Source: Raillietiella orientalis (taxonomy: Eukaryota). Taken from it: 64,000 bases of DNA. Under the pieces are notes generated by a model that was not told where the DNA came from, did not search any database, and saw only the letters and a program-made list of their open reading frames with translations. Positions within the stretch are counted from its first letter, which is position 1. Every line of letters begins with the position of its first letter. Of this stretch, positions 39,401 to 52,492 are shown piece by piece. The stretch spans positions 620,001-684,000 of the forward strand of contig JAYWIR010000039.1 in assembly GCA_036172245.1 (NCBI GenBank), in the 5' to 3' direction. Both the position numbers and the translations under genes were made by a program.

Positions 39401-42280
39401 TGCCAGGGGCGGTTCTGTCGGTTGCCGCAAGAAACGCAGTCTGCGGTGGCACCGCGAGCGTCTAGCGGTCCTGGAAAGGCACTTCGGGACGTCCTTCCGT
39501 TGCCTCTCTTGCAGCATCGGCACTTCCTGCGCCGCTTCCGCCGTGCTGCCGCGCGCGAGAGACCCGTGGCTCGGGTTAAAGACGGTGGACTCGGACACGG
39601 ATCGGCGTGTTTCGGAACGCGAGGTGATCCGACGGAGCGCGAGAGAGATGGCGAGGAGATCGCCGATGCAATCGCGCCTTCGTTATCAGGCGTCGTTTCC
39701 ATGGGAATGCGGAGGAAAGCCTTTTCGCAGCCTTCCTTGCGTACGCGACCCCCTTGTCCGCAGGATTGTAGGAAGGACACGGTTTGCGCGGCTCCGTATC
39801 CAAGTTTTAGCTCGGAAATCTGATGCTTCCGCTTCCGCCGAAAAGAAAAGGAAAAAGCGAAAAATCCCGCACGCCGCCACACCTTCTAGGATTTGCACTT
39901 TTGTTGTCTTCGTCAAGCTGATGGAACCCATGACGACGCGGTGATTTTTTTCCCTTCCGGATCCCGCAGAACGAAAGGAATGCTTCCTCGTTCGGGGTGC
40001 AGTGCACGCCGCACGCGCCTCTAGGAGATTGGCGCCGTAGCACCATCAAACGTGCGCGCGTCACCGTGATTCTTTGGCACCGGCACATCGAGTCCTCCTT
40101 CGAGATGACCAGCTCCAGCTCGAGGCTTCCATCTTCAAGCTGATGCGAGAGAGAATTCTCGCCGGGAGCAAACCCGTTTCTTCTCCTTGGTTCATGAATC
40201 CGCCATCGCTACTCTCCGCGATCTGTGAGGCTTCCGCTTTGAATCTCTTACAGAGGTCACGGCGCCAGCCAGCTCGCCTCCCGAGTTGCTTCGCTGCGGT
40301 CCGATGTCATGGGCAGAGAGAGTGGAGAGACCGACAGTGCGTGGCCGCTGTTGCGTAGATGCACGAGGAAGGACAGCCATAAAGAGGATGCGTTCGACAG
40401 GCTCTACACGAAGGAACGGAAATGGGAGTCGAGTCCCGCACCAAAGGGATTGGTGTTGCAGCTCCACACTTGCACTCGGATCTTCCACCAGCATCGCCAC
40501 TCGAGTACTCTTGTCTTCGTTGCCGAACGTGCAGCCCCCGGGCGCGACGCACTCCGGGAACCCGGCTGCCACGCGGAGGCTCTGGGGCTGCTTCCTGGCG
40601 TGTTCTCGCGAGGGACGGAGGTCGGGCTGCCTGTGCGGGAGCGAGAAAGCACCAACGTATGGCACTCGGCAGCTATATTGGCGACGATCCTGATGACTCG
40701 TCGTCTTGGCCGGCTCCACGATCCGGCGCAGCGGCCATGCCGGTAGGATCTTGTCCCCCTCCGCGGAAGCGAGTGGCTGCACTGCACGCCTGAGGTCAGC
40801 AAGGCTGTCCTCTTCCCAGGGGAAGAATAGCAGGTTCGTGGGTCGCCTGGCGCATCTCGCCGGCTGCGTGCCTCTCGGTAAAGGGAAGTGCTTGCGAGCA
40901 GGGCTGCCGAGGCATGAGCGAAAGGGGGGTCAGCCGCAGTCCTCTGTGGTCCATACGATTGGAAAGGAGCGTCGGAGGTCGAGCCGAAGTCGTCTCGGGG
41001 CAAGCCGGTGTTTTGGGTTTACGCGAGGTCAGGTGTGCTGTCGCCTCAAGGGTCAGCCGCGTGTGGCACGGCTCCACGGCTGGAATAGATGCATGCTGGG
41101 ACGCGGAGGGAAGGGGCGTTGCTGAGGTGGCTGCCGAGTTGGTCTGCCTTGAGCGGGTTTTCCGAGCTCCGTTCTGCTCGAGGCGTTTTGGTGCCGCTCT
41201 TCAGCATTCTGGGCTTCGATGAATGCGAAACTCTTTGGAACTGGTGGTGGCCCTCTGAACGCGAGGTAACTCCCCCCGTACGTCATCGGTTTGGGAAGGC
41301 CTTGAAGAATGGTCGCTGAGCAAAGAAGAGGGGTCTTGGCAGGTGCTTCTGGGACCGCTCGCACGTGGAAGAGCTGGTCGCGGATGCGTCCGCTGCGTCC
41401 ATGCTGAGGAAAGTGCAGCGTTGGACGGCGCGCGCACCCTTCCGTATTTCCAGCCATGTGTCTTCCCTTGAAGCCGTCTTCGTGATGACGCTGCGGTTTC
41501 TGCTGGGGTCTTCTATTGCCGGGGGTTACCCATGGGGCTTGTATCGCCTCCCATGGGATGAGGCCAGTGGCCTTTCGCTGTATCTCTCTGTCCTCTCCGC
41601 CTCATCGCCCACTCGTGGCTGCAGCTTCGCCGACGTGCCTTCAGCGCTCCTGCCGCGCGCTTAGGCCCCAGCGGATCTCCCCGCTGCGGCTCACGCTGTG
41701 CCTTCCCTCTCTTCGCGCCCCATCCGGCTCTCAGCGATCTTCGCCTTCTCTAAAGAGTCCGTCGTTTGCCTTTGCCTCACCCCGTTAAGAAAAGCTTATA
41801 CTGACTCACTACCACTCTTTTGGATGTCCTGTTTGAAGTGGCGTTCTCTTGCCATGGCTGTTGTTTCGAAAGGATCCTCACCCGCAGCCTGCTCACACCA
41901 CGCACTTCCATCCGCCGCACGTTCCAACGGCATCTGTCGCAGAAGATGGCCATTGCGGAACGCATGCTCCGCGAGAGCAAGCATCCTGTAGCAGCTGCCC
42001 ACCCCAGCTGGAGTATCATTGGGATGACACGTGATCCCCCGGGGAGCGTCCTGTAGATCCTCCACTTTCTGAAGAGCAGCTGGGGGCCTCTTCTGGCCGA
42101 AGGCCGCATGGGGACTCGACCAGGATCGGCTCCCGAATGAGTTGGGCTCGAGATGAGCGCCTGGGAACAGCGTGACGCGACGCGATTGAAGGGCACGGGA
42201 GTAATAAAATCTCGCACGCCTCGTAATTCGATGGCGACCGATGCGCAGGGATCGGTTTGCGTGCGCCAAGGACGGGTCAA
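36480..42280 (-). mobile_element. Heavily decayed near-full-length L1/Tx1-type non-LTR retrotransposon
   Basis: Motifs occur in the correct order on -: zinc-knuckle-like GHLLRQMP and RHFKQD (41820-41990, ORF1); APE-like KSTRVAMLV and IYA (~40350-40520); LVNWRP (~39355); IGANGRGNSEWFPGKAG (~38520-38580); TILGIP (~38235); C-terminal Zn domain FLILHWGLPCNARRHHWTRGNASPICAR*GEET/PHLIVQCVALRDLW (36840-37000); T-rich 3'UTR (36480-36550). Confidence 0.65.
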
Positions 42281-43084
42281 TCAACAACTGGTACTTGTTA
42301 CTGATGAGTGCGAAGACGCATCTTTGGTTGCAGTGCCGATTTCTGCGTTGTTCCGCTTGCTACTTGCAAGGACCCATCAGCTTGTTTCTTTCTTTCTTTT
42401 TTTCGACTCTGACGCCCTCTTTCAGCTTGCACGAAGCCGCTGCATTCTTATCGTTCGTCGTTTCCTGTGTATCTGGCCAAAAGTCTACGCAGTCATTAAT
42501 TTTTAATGATTAATCCGGATGCTTGGCTCTGGAAAGAGAGGCTTTGCTCCTGAGAAAAATTGCAGTAACCGAAGGAGTACCGTTGCTTTTCTCTGATTGT
42601 ATTTCCGCGAATCCATCAACCTTCTGCTGGATCCTCTTGATCTCGGAAAAGAAAAACAAGACAGATGTGCGTAGCTGCAACCAGCACGTTTCGTCCACGC
42701 ACACCCCGTCTTCGCCGAGCCGCGTGGCATCTTCTCGCCGTGCCCGCGTGACTTCCGCCTGCCTGAGCGCTTCGCAGGAGGCAAGGACCGCTCGTAGTTG
42801 CGCTTCTCACGAAGAGATGGCATCCCTGCGCGAAGGTGGTAACTGGAATGATCGAGGCCTGCAGCAGCACACCTTCCATGTGCCACCGCTCTCGTAAGCT
42901 GCACGTCGTCTTCTCGACCAGCCGGGATGAGCCGCAAACTGGGAGCGATGGCACACACCCCTGCGTGTTGTTGTCGAACCCCCAGTTAGAAGAACAAGGG
43001 CAATTTGCATATTTCTTGCGTGGATCCTTTTTCCCCAGCTGAGCGAGCAACGGTACTAATGCTTTCCGGGAAGCGCGTCCCGGA

Positions 43085-43260
43085 AAATAAATCGTCTGTT
43101 CTTCAAGGCCTTTCCTTTGAAAGTTCAACGTACGGAATTGCGAATTCGCTTCCTCTCGTTTGCAACCAGCTATCGTTGCAGAGGGGATCCCCAGAACGCA
43201 TCCCCGCGCGAATTGATTGCCTGCTAACCTAGAGAGTTCGAGCAACCGTTGGGAGCATTC
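43085..43260 (-). mobile_element. Possible hAT transposase C-terminal dimerisation-domain remnant
   Basis: ELSRLA...VLGIPSATIAGCKR...QRKGLEEQTI resembles the hAT consensus P-L-S-x-L-A...L-x-I-P-x-S/T-x-x-x-E-R-x-F-S...R-x-x-L. Confidence 0.3.
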
Positions 43261-45599
43261 GGCGTTGATTCGAATTCAGCTCGCCCGAGCAGGGAAAGAA
43301 AGAAAGAAGGAAAACGGCCTCTTGTCGTTTCTGCAGTGCCTTGGCTCCGTGGGTGATGGTTCGCCAACGCGTTCCTGGACGCGATGCGACACGGCAGGCA
43401 CACCACCGGGTTCTTCGAAACGAGGAGCTGCCTCCTCGAAAGGCTTGGGTGGCTCACCCGGAAGTTTCTCACCAGAGAACAGGGGGAAGGACAGGGGTTC
43501 GTCTGGCCGCCCTGATCCGCTGATCACGGTCGAATCCGTGAGACTTCTGCTTGCGCGGGATGACGTGACGCGATTTCGTGCCCACAAGAAAAGAGCGGAG
43601 GACCGGGGCTGCGAGCTGCTTTTTCGTCGTCGTCGTCGTCGTCCTCGTCGCTGTGTTCCGCTTTTTCGGGGCGGAGAGAGGGGCGGCGGGGAGGGGGAGC
43701 TCAGCATCACGCCGCAGCAGCACTGTGTCGTTGCGCCGGTTTACGATGGTGGGGAGGAGGGGAAGTGGAGAAACCAGCAATGAGCCACGGCACAGCGCCG
43801 GCCGCCGGCTTCCTATGCGGCCCGCGCTCCAGCCACTCACCGCGAGCCAACGTCCTCGAACGCGCGAGACGAGAAATTCCGAGGAAAATTATGATCTTCG
43901 CGTTTCGCGCACCTGCCCGTCCACCCCATTTCCGTTTTCCCCGTTTTTGGCATTCCGGCGATCGAAACCTCCGATTCAACAGCGCGACGTCCACGTATCT
44001 TCAGTAATGCAAAAAAAACAAGTGGATCTTTCGCCTTCAGGTTTTGCCGCGGAAGAGAAGCGTGGCGACGTGGGATGGGATGGCGCGCTGAGGGACCGGC
44101 TGGCAGTGACGTCTCCAGCGAGCCTTCTCACTTGCTTGACTCGGGACGGGAAACTGGCTCCAGCTGATGTATCGGTTCGTTTCCGGTTACATGATAAAAA
44201 GGCGCTCTTGAATCACGTCCCGATGCACTTCGCTCTTACCCATTCCGCCTCCCATCACGGACTCGAATTGCCTCTTCGCCCCGTTTCGTGCTCCCAGTCA
44301 CTGATGTCGTTTTGTGCATCCGTCCATTCCTCTCGGACGAACTGCCTGCTTCCATTTTTTCCGGGCTTTTCGATACCATTAAGCGTTTTCGCCCCTGTTG
44401 CTATGGTTACCCCCTTCCTCCCTCGCGTCGCACAACGGCGGTACGCGACGTGCGATCTTTGCGCTGACGTCACCTTCCGACTCGGCGTTTAACGGTGAGG
44501 GAGAATGTGACTCGTCTCGTGTGACGTGACTGGGAAACGTATCCGCGATTTGATCTCAGGCCGCGAAAACAAATGCGCCGTCGAATGCCTAATTAGTTCA
44601 TCGATTACCAAAATTAATATCTGTTAACTTTCGAAGTGCCGTCGCAGTCAGCGGGAGGAGATTCTTCCTGTCATCTGAGTTTTGCAGGCTCCTACAGCGC
44701 GCACGACACGATCATCCGCGCATTCACGTTACCGTGGAAAAACATGCTCCTCCCGTCGATGTGCAAGAAAAATGGTGGCCTTCAACCAATCGACCCGCTG
44801 TTCCCAGAACAGAGTCGAATCCGCGACCGCTCCGGGGCCGCGGGAGATCGACGAATCGTCCGCCGCTGCGCGGAGGTGGGCAGGACGACGATGGCAGGGA
44901 GGAGAGAGAGGATGAGGTGCTTCCCTGCTTCGCCGTTAGGGGAGCACCCGCGTCGGCGCGGGCGATGGTCTCAGGGCGCCGTCCCGCCTCGCCGGTTCCG
45001 GCGGCGAACGGCGAACTCTTCAGAAGAGGCGAACATCGCCAAGCGCCGGACGGGGCGCGAAGGCAGGGAAGAGCGGTGCGCTCCAGCATGGACCGTTGCA
45101 TAAAGATCCGTTGGGACTTGGGCGCCGGCGATGAGGGCGCACCGTGGACGATGAGGTCAAGAATTTCCCGCTCACGAGCTCGCATCCTCCGGCAGGAATG
45201 GAAGGAACACGAGCACGGATGAACCTCCGACACGGTCTCTTGTACGTTCGGAAGGTGGCGTGCTGTCGAATGGGCAGCAGCACGCGTCGAGTGCGATGGC
45301 GCGGCTCCCTCTTTTGCAGACGAGATTAACGAGGTGTCTCTCGCTCGGCTGCTGGCCAGGACTGCCCACCGTCCATACGCCGCCTTCTTGAGCCGATCCA
45401 TAGGTGAGGTGTCACGTTCCCGCGTTCAGAGTTGAACACACCGTACGTAACGGTCGAGAATGCGAGGCAGCGAATAGCCTTATCTGGGAAATCAGCAGCT
45501 GTATTAATCTCCTGTCTGTTTCCAAACTAGCGCTGTGATGAACAGGAGATTCAGATTGCCAGCTGTGAATCCATGTGTGATTTTATATTCTGCAAAGTA

Positions 45600-45850
45600 T
45601 AGGTGGTCCCTGCTGGCAAGAAAATGGTTGGAGGATGGTGCAATCCATAGCAAGTGGTCTCTGCAAGATCAGAAGGTTCCTCTATTAGGGGTGTTCACGC
45701 CTCGCTGCGTTGGACGGCGCAGCCTGAGGGCTGGCTCTCCTCTCGTGCTGAGATCGAACGTTGCTTTTCTTGGATTTGGAACATGTACTTCTGTATTTTG
45801 TACGTTCTTCCACAAGGTGAACGTGACACGCATGCGACACAACACGTAGC
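45600..45850 (+). mobile_element. Possible hAT transposase C-terminal remnant
   Basis: LSSRAEIERCFS matches the hAT SSAxxERxFS motif. The surrounding frame is broken. Confidence 0.25.
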
Positions 45851-46013
45851 AGCACTTTCCCACTTGAGAAGCCAATGATGTTTGGGGAGAAATTCCAGGT
45901 GCCCACTGGAAGTGGCTGTTTCAGAATGGTAGTCATCTGTGTTCGCAACAGAGCAAGGTTACTTACGTGTGATGTGTAGGAAGGGTTACTTAAAACCGAA
46001 CCACCTGGATTCA

Positions 46014-46121
46014 GGCTTCGCGGTATGACGTCAGAGTGAGCCATCAGCACGGTTCCCAACCGTGCCATCTAGAAACGCAGCCTGAGTGACTTGAAGCGGC
46101 AGGCTTCGAGCGTGGCTCTGC
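46014..46121 (-). repeat. Diverged inverted copy of the ~100-nt repeat family (see 63686-63920)
   Basis: ggcttcgcggtatgacgtcagag...atcagcacggttcccaac...ctgagtgacttgaagcggc...tcgagcgtggctctgc aligns to the reverse complement of ~63688-63796. Confidence 0.85.
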
Positions 46122-46379
46122 AGAGAAACGTAGCGAGGCTTCAAGCGGGCTGTTTTCAAGTGGCTCACACTGTATCACGTGCATCACGTCGGCTTCTCAT
46201 CAAGCGCATTATCTGTAAGCATGCTTTCTGACGCTTAGGAAACGCCTGCTCTTATTGGCAACCTGAGTTGGTCCCCACCTCCCATCTTTCGCGCCTTCGT
46301 TTCGATTCCTGCTTCCCGGAGAGTGGCTTCTCGAGGGTCGGATGGGAGCTCAAGCATCTGCTTTCCCCTCGTTCCTCTA

Positions 46380-48650
46380 GAAGTGAGGAGACTCACTCAG
46401 GATCGGCAACTGACGTCCGTTTACCGTTCTCAACGCGGACTCCAAGTCACTGGGCGGTGGGCCGAGCGACTGGGACGAGTGGAGGAGTGCATCATCAGCC
46501 CAGAGCAGACCTGTGCTGTCCCTGGACGAAGCACGGACGCCAACTTTTTCTTCGCTAGTGCATGGTTCCCGTTGCAACAGGAGAGACGCAAGTCAACTTC
46601 GGATAGCCCGTTGGCCATGGGTGGGATGCAGTCGATCTACAGAAAGCATTCGGCTGCGTCGACTAGGAGCTCCTGAAGGTCCTCGAACTCATGGGTCACC
46701 CAGCCATCTTTCCGACCACCTATCTTACTACTCCTGCCGGTGCTACGCGTTGCTGGATATTTCTTCTAGCGGCCGACACGTTTATGGTACGCCGGTGCGA
46801 TGCGACTCGCTGCGGGATGCACCCTGATCACCTTTGCGCTTCAGCAGCCACTTTGAGTTGGATCTGGTGTCCCGGTATGCTTTCGGTGTCTGCCTGTGCC
46901 GACGATCTTCTGCTGCCACTACCCCATGTCAATCTCGGCGGGGTCATTAGAGGATGTCTTCGAGCCGGTCCGCAACGGAGCTGGCATGAGCACCAACAGT
47001 GCGAGGTCGTGCCACACTTGCAGTTGGTGCGGCGCGAACCGGACCAACAGCAGACGAAATGGGTCCGTATCCACGCGAACAGGTACTTCAGATACCCAGG
47101 CGACCCATTCGGGATTTCTTCCTTGGAGGGGAGGGATCAGGCTGTCTCCAAACGGCAGAGCTGGTGCTCGTCCTGTTCCTCCGTGGGACATCTGTCCTGC
47201 AGGAACGGAGCCATCATGTGGGATAGTTCGTGGTTTATCTTCCCTGCTCCCATCGGGATCGAAAAGCGAACCGAAGGTCTCCCGAGACGAGCCCTGGGGG
47301 CACAGGGAGATCTTGAGCACGCTTAAAAGACATGCGCGCTCCGCGTCAAGGAGGCGGAACTGTCGTCCTGACGCTGAAGCGGATGGAGCGCCAGCTCCGA
47401 TTCCGAAGGCTGACCCTGGCTGTCCCACTTCGCATTGGGGGACCCATTGGTGTGCCTCTGTACTACTACTCCTGAACAAGCGAGCAGCCGGCCCCTAGGG
47501 AGCTGCACCAACCCTCTTGCACGGCCGGCGAAGACCGCCCCGATGAGGGCTCCAGCTTCGACACCTGACAATCGTCACCAATCTAGAAGAGTTCTCTTGG
47601 AAATAGAAGATTGACCGCTGCGCATCGATGAAGTCCGATCTACTGAGCAGACGGCTACCTTTGGGTTGTGGAACGTGTTGGCAACACTGGCGAGGTGAAG
47701 AGAGTCTCTGCGTGCCGAAGTTGCAATGGCTGTCTTGGCTCGGGACCACGACTGAACTTCCCTCTCTCCCGAGAACTGTGGTGCCTGGAAACACGAAATG
47801 GCCCAGGGTCAACGGCACGAGACCGGAGTGGTCGCAGCAGCTGAGGCACCCAAGTTCATTGGAGGGCACGATCGAAAGCCCCACGAAGAACAGGTGGGCG
47901 CAGAGCACCCCACTTGCAGCGACGCCGTCCTCCTTGTGCAGGAGTCACAATGGTGACCAGCCCGTAACATGAGAGATTCTCTGTGAAACCGCAGGAAAAA
48001 GTTGAGATGCTGGAAGGGGTGTCAGCTGGATGACGCTTCCATCCCCCGCGTCCAACTCCAAAGGACTTTCCCTCTGGAGGATCTTCTTGGAAGGCGCGGG
48101 GATTCCTGCGGTTTTTCGGACAGTTCTGCGCTCCCTCTGAAGTGGCGGGAGTCGGTAATGCAGGTGTTGCGGCGCTGGGGTCTCCTACGCGGCTGATCCC
48201 AGCGTCACCTCTGGACCGGGGAAGTGCGGCCGCGGACTGTGGCAGCTGCGAAGAGAGGGTGACCTTCCCGCAACCGCTTTTCGGGTGTGCTGCCTTCCAG
48301 ATTGCCCGGGAGCGTTCCTGGACACACCGAGTGACGACCAGAGAGACCTGTCGAGTTGCCTCTTCGGTTGCGGCGGAGCGTCTCCCGGGGCGTCGATCGC
48401 AGCTCCGCTCTGCTTGCGTGGTGCCGCGCGGCATCGAGAAGCCACGACGAGGATGCAGGCCTGATGACGAAAGATGCTATCGCGATGGTGGTTCCTTCCC
48501 TGAGGACGACCAAGACACGGCCGCACCTCGCTCGGCACAAGGAAGAACTCGCAGGCATCCCGCAAAGGCGGCGGAGGATGCCAGGGAGAGGGCATAGGTC
48601 GACCCCTCCCCTCCTCAGTATTCGTAAGTATAATTTCTTTTGCTATCCGT
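46380..48650 (+). mobile_element. Decayed 5'-truncated L1/Tx1-type LINE (RT plus C-terminal Zn domain)
   Basis: N*RPFTVLNADSK, AERLGRVEECIISPEQTCAVPGRST, SACADD (46895-46906, YADD equivalent), GAGMSTNSARS, FRYPG and WGL...RHLWT/RGSAAADCGSCEERVTFPQPLFGC occur in canonical order across frameshifts. Confidence 0.8.
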
Positions 48651-48659
48651 TGTTCGTTG

Positions 48660-51600
48660 GCTCCCTGTTTGCTCCCCTTCGTTGCCCATCTGCTCGCCAG
48701 AGAGAATCGCCTCCGGGTTTTTGGGATGCGGGACGTAGTGAGATTGTGATTCCACCGCGGAGGAGTGACCTTACTTTCGAGGAGCTGAGGTCACGACCGG
48801 TCAATTGTAAATGCACCCTTCTTTCCACAAGTAGCAATCCGGCGTGACCGGGTGGAGCTCCCGCACCTGCTTGTGGATCACGTTGCCCTCCGGCCCCTGA
48901 GGGAACGTTTCGCGACGGCTCTCCGGATCCCGGTAGGCAGTCCCAGGAAGCACCGCTCGCTGCGTCGCCGGCGGCTCTTCGCGGGGCCACGGCGGCCAGC
49001 ACGACGAGGGCGCCATCCTCGTCGCCGTTCGCTTTCTGAGGGTGGCCCCATCCGGAAATCCACACAGGGGCAACCCGCCGGCGTCCGGCAGAGTATGCAA
49101 CGACCCTTCCGGCAGGCTGTGATCCCTTCCAGGCTCTTCCTCCCCTCCCGTATACATTGACTTGGCTTTTTCCACCCTATTTGTTTGCCTTTCGCTCTGA
49201 GGCCTGCTGCAAAGGCGGGCCTTGCCGGCCCACGTGCGCCCGTGCTTCGGGCGCGTCCCTGAGAGCAAGAGCGGGAGCCGCTATGCGACCAACCGTCCCA
49301 CTACGACTTTCTTCATGTGTTCCCTTGTGAAAGAAACGCCACAGCACGATCGAATGGCAACTCTCCCCCCGAGTGTCAGGAGATCAGCTGGACGGTGGCC
49401 TCTGCTCCAAAGCGTAGGAGGTTCTCCCGTAGCATGAAAAAGGCAACGGGTCGCTAGCGTCCTGTGTTTGGGATCGTCTACCTCTGGTCATCGCTTGGGA
49501 GTTCTACCTCTCAGGCTCTCCGCTCCTGTGGACTGCGGCGGTCGAGGAGTCTGCCGGAAGGCATCTGCCCACCGCCGACCATCGCAGCTGTTCGTTTGCC
49601 GACGAAGACAGAGGAAGACTGCGTCAGGAAGCGCGTGTGGATGTTCTGTCGTCTTTGATTCTTTATGCCCACATAGAGCGCGAAGCTTCCCTTGACCTTT
49701 TTATCCTGGATTGTCAGAACGTTTATTTAAAATCAGTGAATAAAATCCGGAGAGGACCAGCATGCTCTGTCCTGAAGCCAAAGGCGCTGGCCTCTCTAGG
49801 GATGGGACTAGAGAGAAGAGGAAGGAGGACCAACATGTAAATAAATAAATAAGTAGAGAGTGAAGCGGACCTGTCCCACGGTGTTCAGCTTGATTCCCGG
49901 AGACCCCGCGTCGGATGGAACGGGAGTGCATCCACCGGGGTCCCGCTAGCCTGCCCACGATCATCCGGAGAGAGCCTCGAACCTCCCAACCCAGATGGAA
50001 CCCCTCCGTCTACAGGTGATGGTGTCTCGAAGGTACTCCGGGATGACGCGGCGGCCGCCGCTGCTCGCAACGTGGCGAAGGCCTCCAGCGAGGAGGCGGC
50101 TGGTAACCCTGGAGGAGAGAGGGTTCCTCGAAACAGGTCCAGGGGACAGGATCGTGGAAAATCGAACCACCCCGCTGCGACGCGGCCTTCCGCGCTCAAG
50201 GAGCAGCACGTGAGGCAGAGTTGCCATTGTCTTGGGGCGGGACCTCTCCCTTCCGAGGCGTGGTGGCGGCGTTCCTCGCTTCGGAGGCACTTCTGGTAGG
50301 ATGGCGGCGATCTGCCTGGAGTGCACGGGAGGTCCACCAGGGAGCCCTGAGCCTTCAAGCTTTCACGGTTAAGGCCAAGAGGCCGGGCCCGGGCGGGGGA
50401 ATGCCATCGGTTGCAGGCTGAGGGTAGTGGGATGGCGCCATCTGAAACGGAAGGTCCGAGGGGACCTCAGAGTAACAGAACCCCGGTGGATGCATTCTCA
50501 TCCTCCCCCTGTTCGACTCAGACATCCTGAGTCTTCTGGAACCTCCCGTCCCAGATGGTGCCATCTGACTGTTCTTCGCCTGCATGCGATGGCGTCGCGG
50601 ACGCACTCCGGGATGACGCGGCCACTCCCCTTCCTCCATTTTGGCCTAAATCCATCCCTGCAGTCTCCAAGAGAGGTCATTGGGCATGGCTACATTTGCC
50701 AGCAGAGGCGTTACCCACTGGACGATGGGCTTGGTGACCGCTATCAAGCAAGTCACCATGTCCCACGCTTCTGGGATATCTGTCTTTCTTCCTCCCATCA
50801 ATGCTCCAGGAGCTGCATAGCTTCCCGGATGACTTCGCTCTGGGAAGCAGGCGGCTTCCCCTGACCGGGTTCAATCCAGTACAGGTGGAACCTTCAGGAA
50901 GGTTTCCTCTCCCCCAGCGGCTTCCGAAAGATCTTACAGGACGTGAGGTGACCTGAGGGGACAAATGAGGAAGAGGAAGATGAAGCTGCCCCCGTCAGAT
51001 GTGGGGGTCTCGGTCGCCTTACGAGACTTTGATGGGGGACATTCGGAGAACAGGATCACTGGAGGTCACTGCCAGGTCCCAGGAGTTCTGGGAACTACCG
51101 CAGTGACTCCAGCGTCACTTCGAGGTAGAGAGATCCTTCCCAAGTCTGTCCAACGGGCCCCAGTGGGTGGGTGCCTGACGAGGTGTACCCAGGGAATGAC
51201 CATCTCAGCCAACGCGAGCAGAAAGCCGTCCAGGAGGGGGCGCGAGCATCGGAATGACCCCGGAGGTTCGCGAAGTTTCCTTTTTTTCCGTTTCCTACAG
51301 GACGCCGGAGGACCGGATGAGCGAACCCTTCCTGTGACACTTCGGAAAGCGCGAGGGCTGCAGAGGTATCAACGGTGGGGTGACGGGCAACCCCGCCTTT
51401 CCATGCGGCAGCCTCTCGGAGGCACGACCCGAGTCGCGAACCGCGAGGAGGGAACCCTCCGCCTCTTCGCCGCCACCTGGAACCTGAGGACACAACGGCC
51501 TGGCTCCCGAGAGTCCCGTGGGAACTGTGTGACACCTGTCCGAGAGGATGTTCCCTGCGTACCTGCCCTTCGTGTCCTGAACGAGCGGAGTCAAGTTCCC

Positions 51601-51700
51601 TCCCGCGGGTGACGCCGCCGTTCCGAGGCAGGCGTTTCCCTCCGCCCTTCTCGGCGCAGTTTCCCCGGAAGCGACATGGGGAACGCCGCACCCTGTCGGC
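48660..51700 (-). mobile_element. Decayed LINE 5' part (ORF1 knuckle plus pre-RT region), truncated at RT start
   Basis: QPSRFPKCHRKGSL (~51320-51365) is CCHC-like. GAPPGHAGL and RGGITISLRP..KPGGD (~48700-48870) resemble KSPGPDGL and GIISLIPKKGD. Confidence 0.45.
49838..49852 (+). repeat. (TAAA)n microsatellite
   Basis: taaataaataaataa. Confidence 0.7.
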
Positions 51701-52383
51701 GTGGCCGCTCATCCGGGGCACGAAGAGATCACTGGATCTGGGTCGTCTCGCGTGCCATCCGGGGAGCTGGCGCTTCGGCGCGATCGGATCGGATCTGGTT
51801 CGCGAACTCCCTGATAGATGGCAGGTCGCTATGTGCGAAATACAATCAATCCTTTCGGAGTGGCATTCACGGTCCTGCTGCTCGCTTCCGGGAAACCCTC
51901 CCAACTGAGTCAAGGGCGCTCGATCCCCTCCCGGTTCTGCGCACTTCTGGCTGATCAACCGTTCCACATGACGAAGCGTCCTGGGGAAAAGGATGCACCG
52001 CATCTCCTGTGGTTCCCCGTCACGGTAGGAGCGGTTGAGCCGACGGGTCCGTCCTTTCCCTCCCGTGCTGCGTGGACGTGGCGCTTAGATGAGGACGCGT
52101 GATATTTCGAATGCATGGACGCGCGGAAGCACGTGGAAGCGGACGCATGTGCTGCTGCTGCTTCACAGTTTCATGTACGCAGATGCACCCGTGCGATGCG
52201 TAGGCACGCGACACAGCACGCGCGCCGAAAGCGGTCTGGAGGCGAGCGCGCAGCAGCCTCGAACCGGAGCCGACGTTTCGCTGGTTGTCGAGAGCGTCTT
52301 CGGGAGGTGGAAGGGAGCCACACCCTTGCTGCGGGGCGCTCTCCTTGCATCTTCCGCGCCAGAGAGAGAGCGGCTTCTCGCAG

Positions 52384-52492
52384 TTTCCAGTCGCTCAGCC
52401 TGTATTATTGGATTGCACTGTTGCGAGCCGTGCTGATCGCGCACTCTGACGCCACACCACGAAACCGCACGCGAAGCGGGCCAGTTTCAAGT
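52384..52492 (+). repeat. Single diverged copy of the ~100-nt repeat family
   Basis: tcgctcagcctgtattattggattgcactgttgcgagccgtgctgatcgcgcactctgacgccacaccacgaaaccgcacg is collinear with 63721-63802. Confidence 0.9.

Noticed and set aside
38778..39944. 388-aa (+) and 348-aa (-) ORFs
   Set aside because: Chance open frames over a decayed GC-rich LINE; the motifs fall in other, broken frames.
45496..45565. Pre-miRNA-like hairpin (aatctcctgt/acaggagatt flanked by cagctg)
   Set aside because: Only 10 contiguous bp with a 26-nt loop, no recognisable mature miRNA, and adjacent to probable transposon debris.
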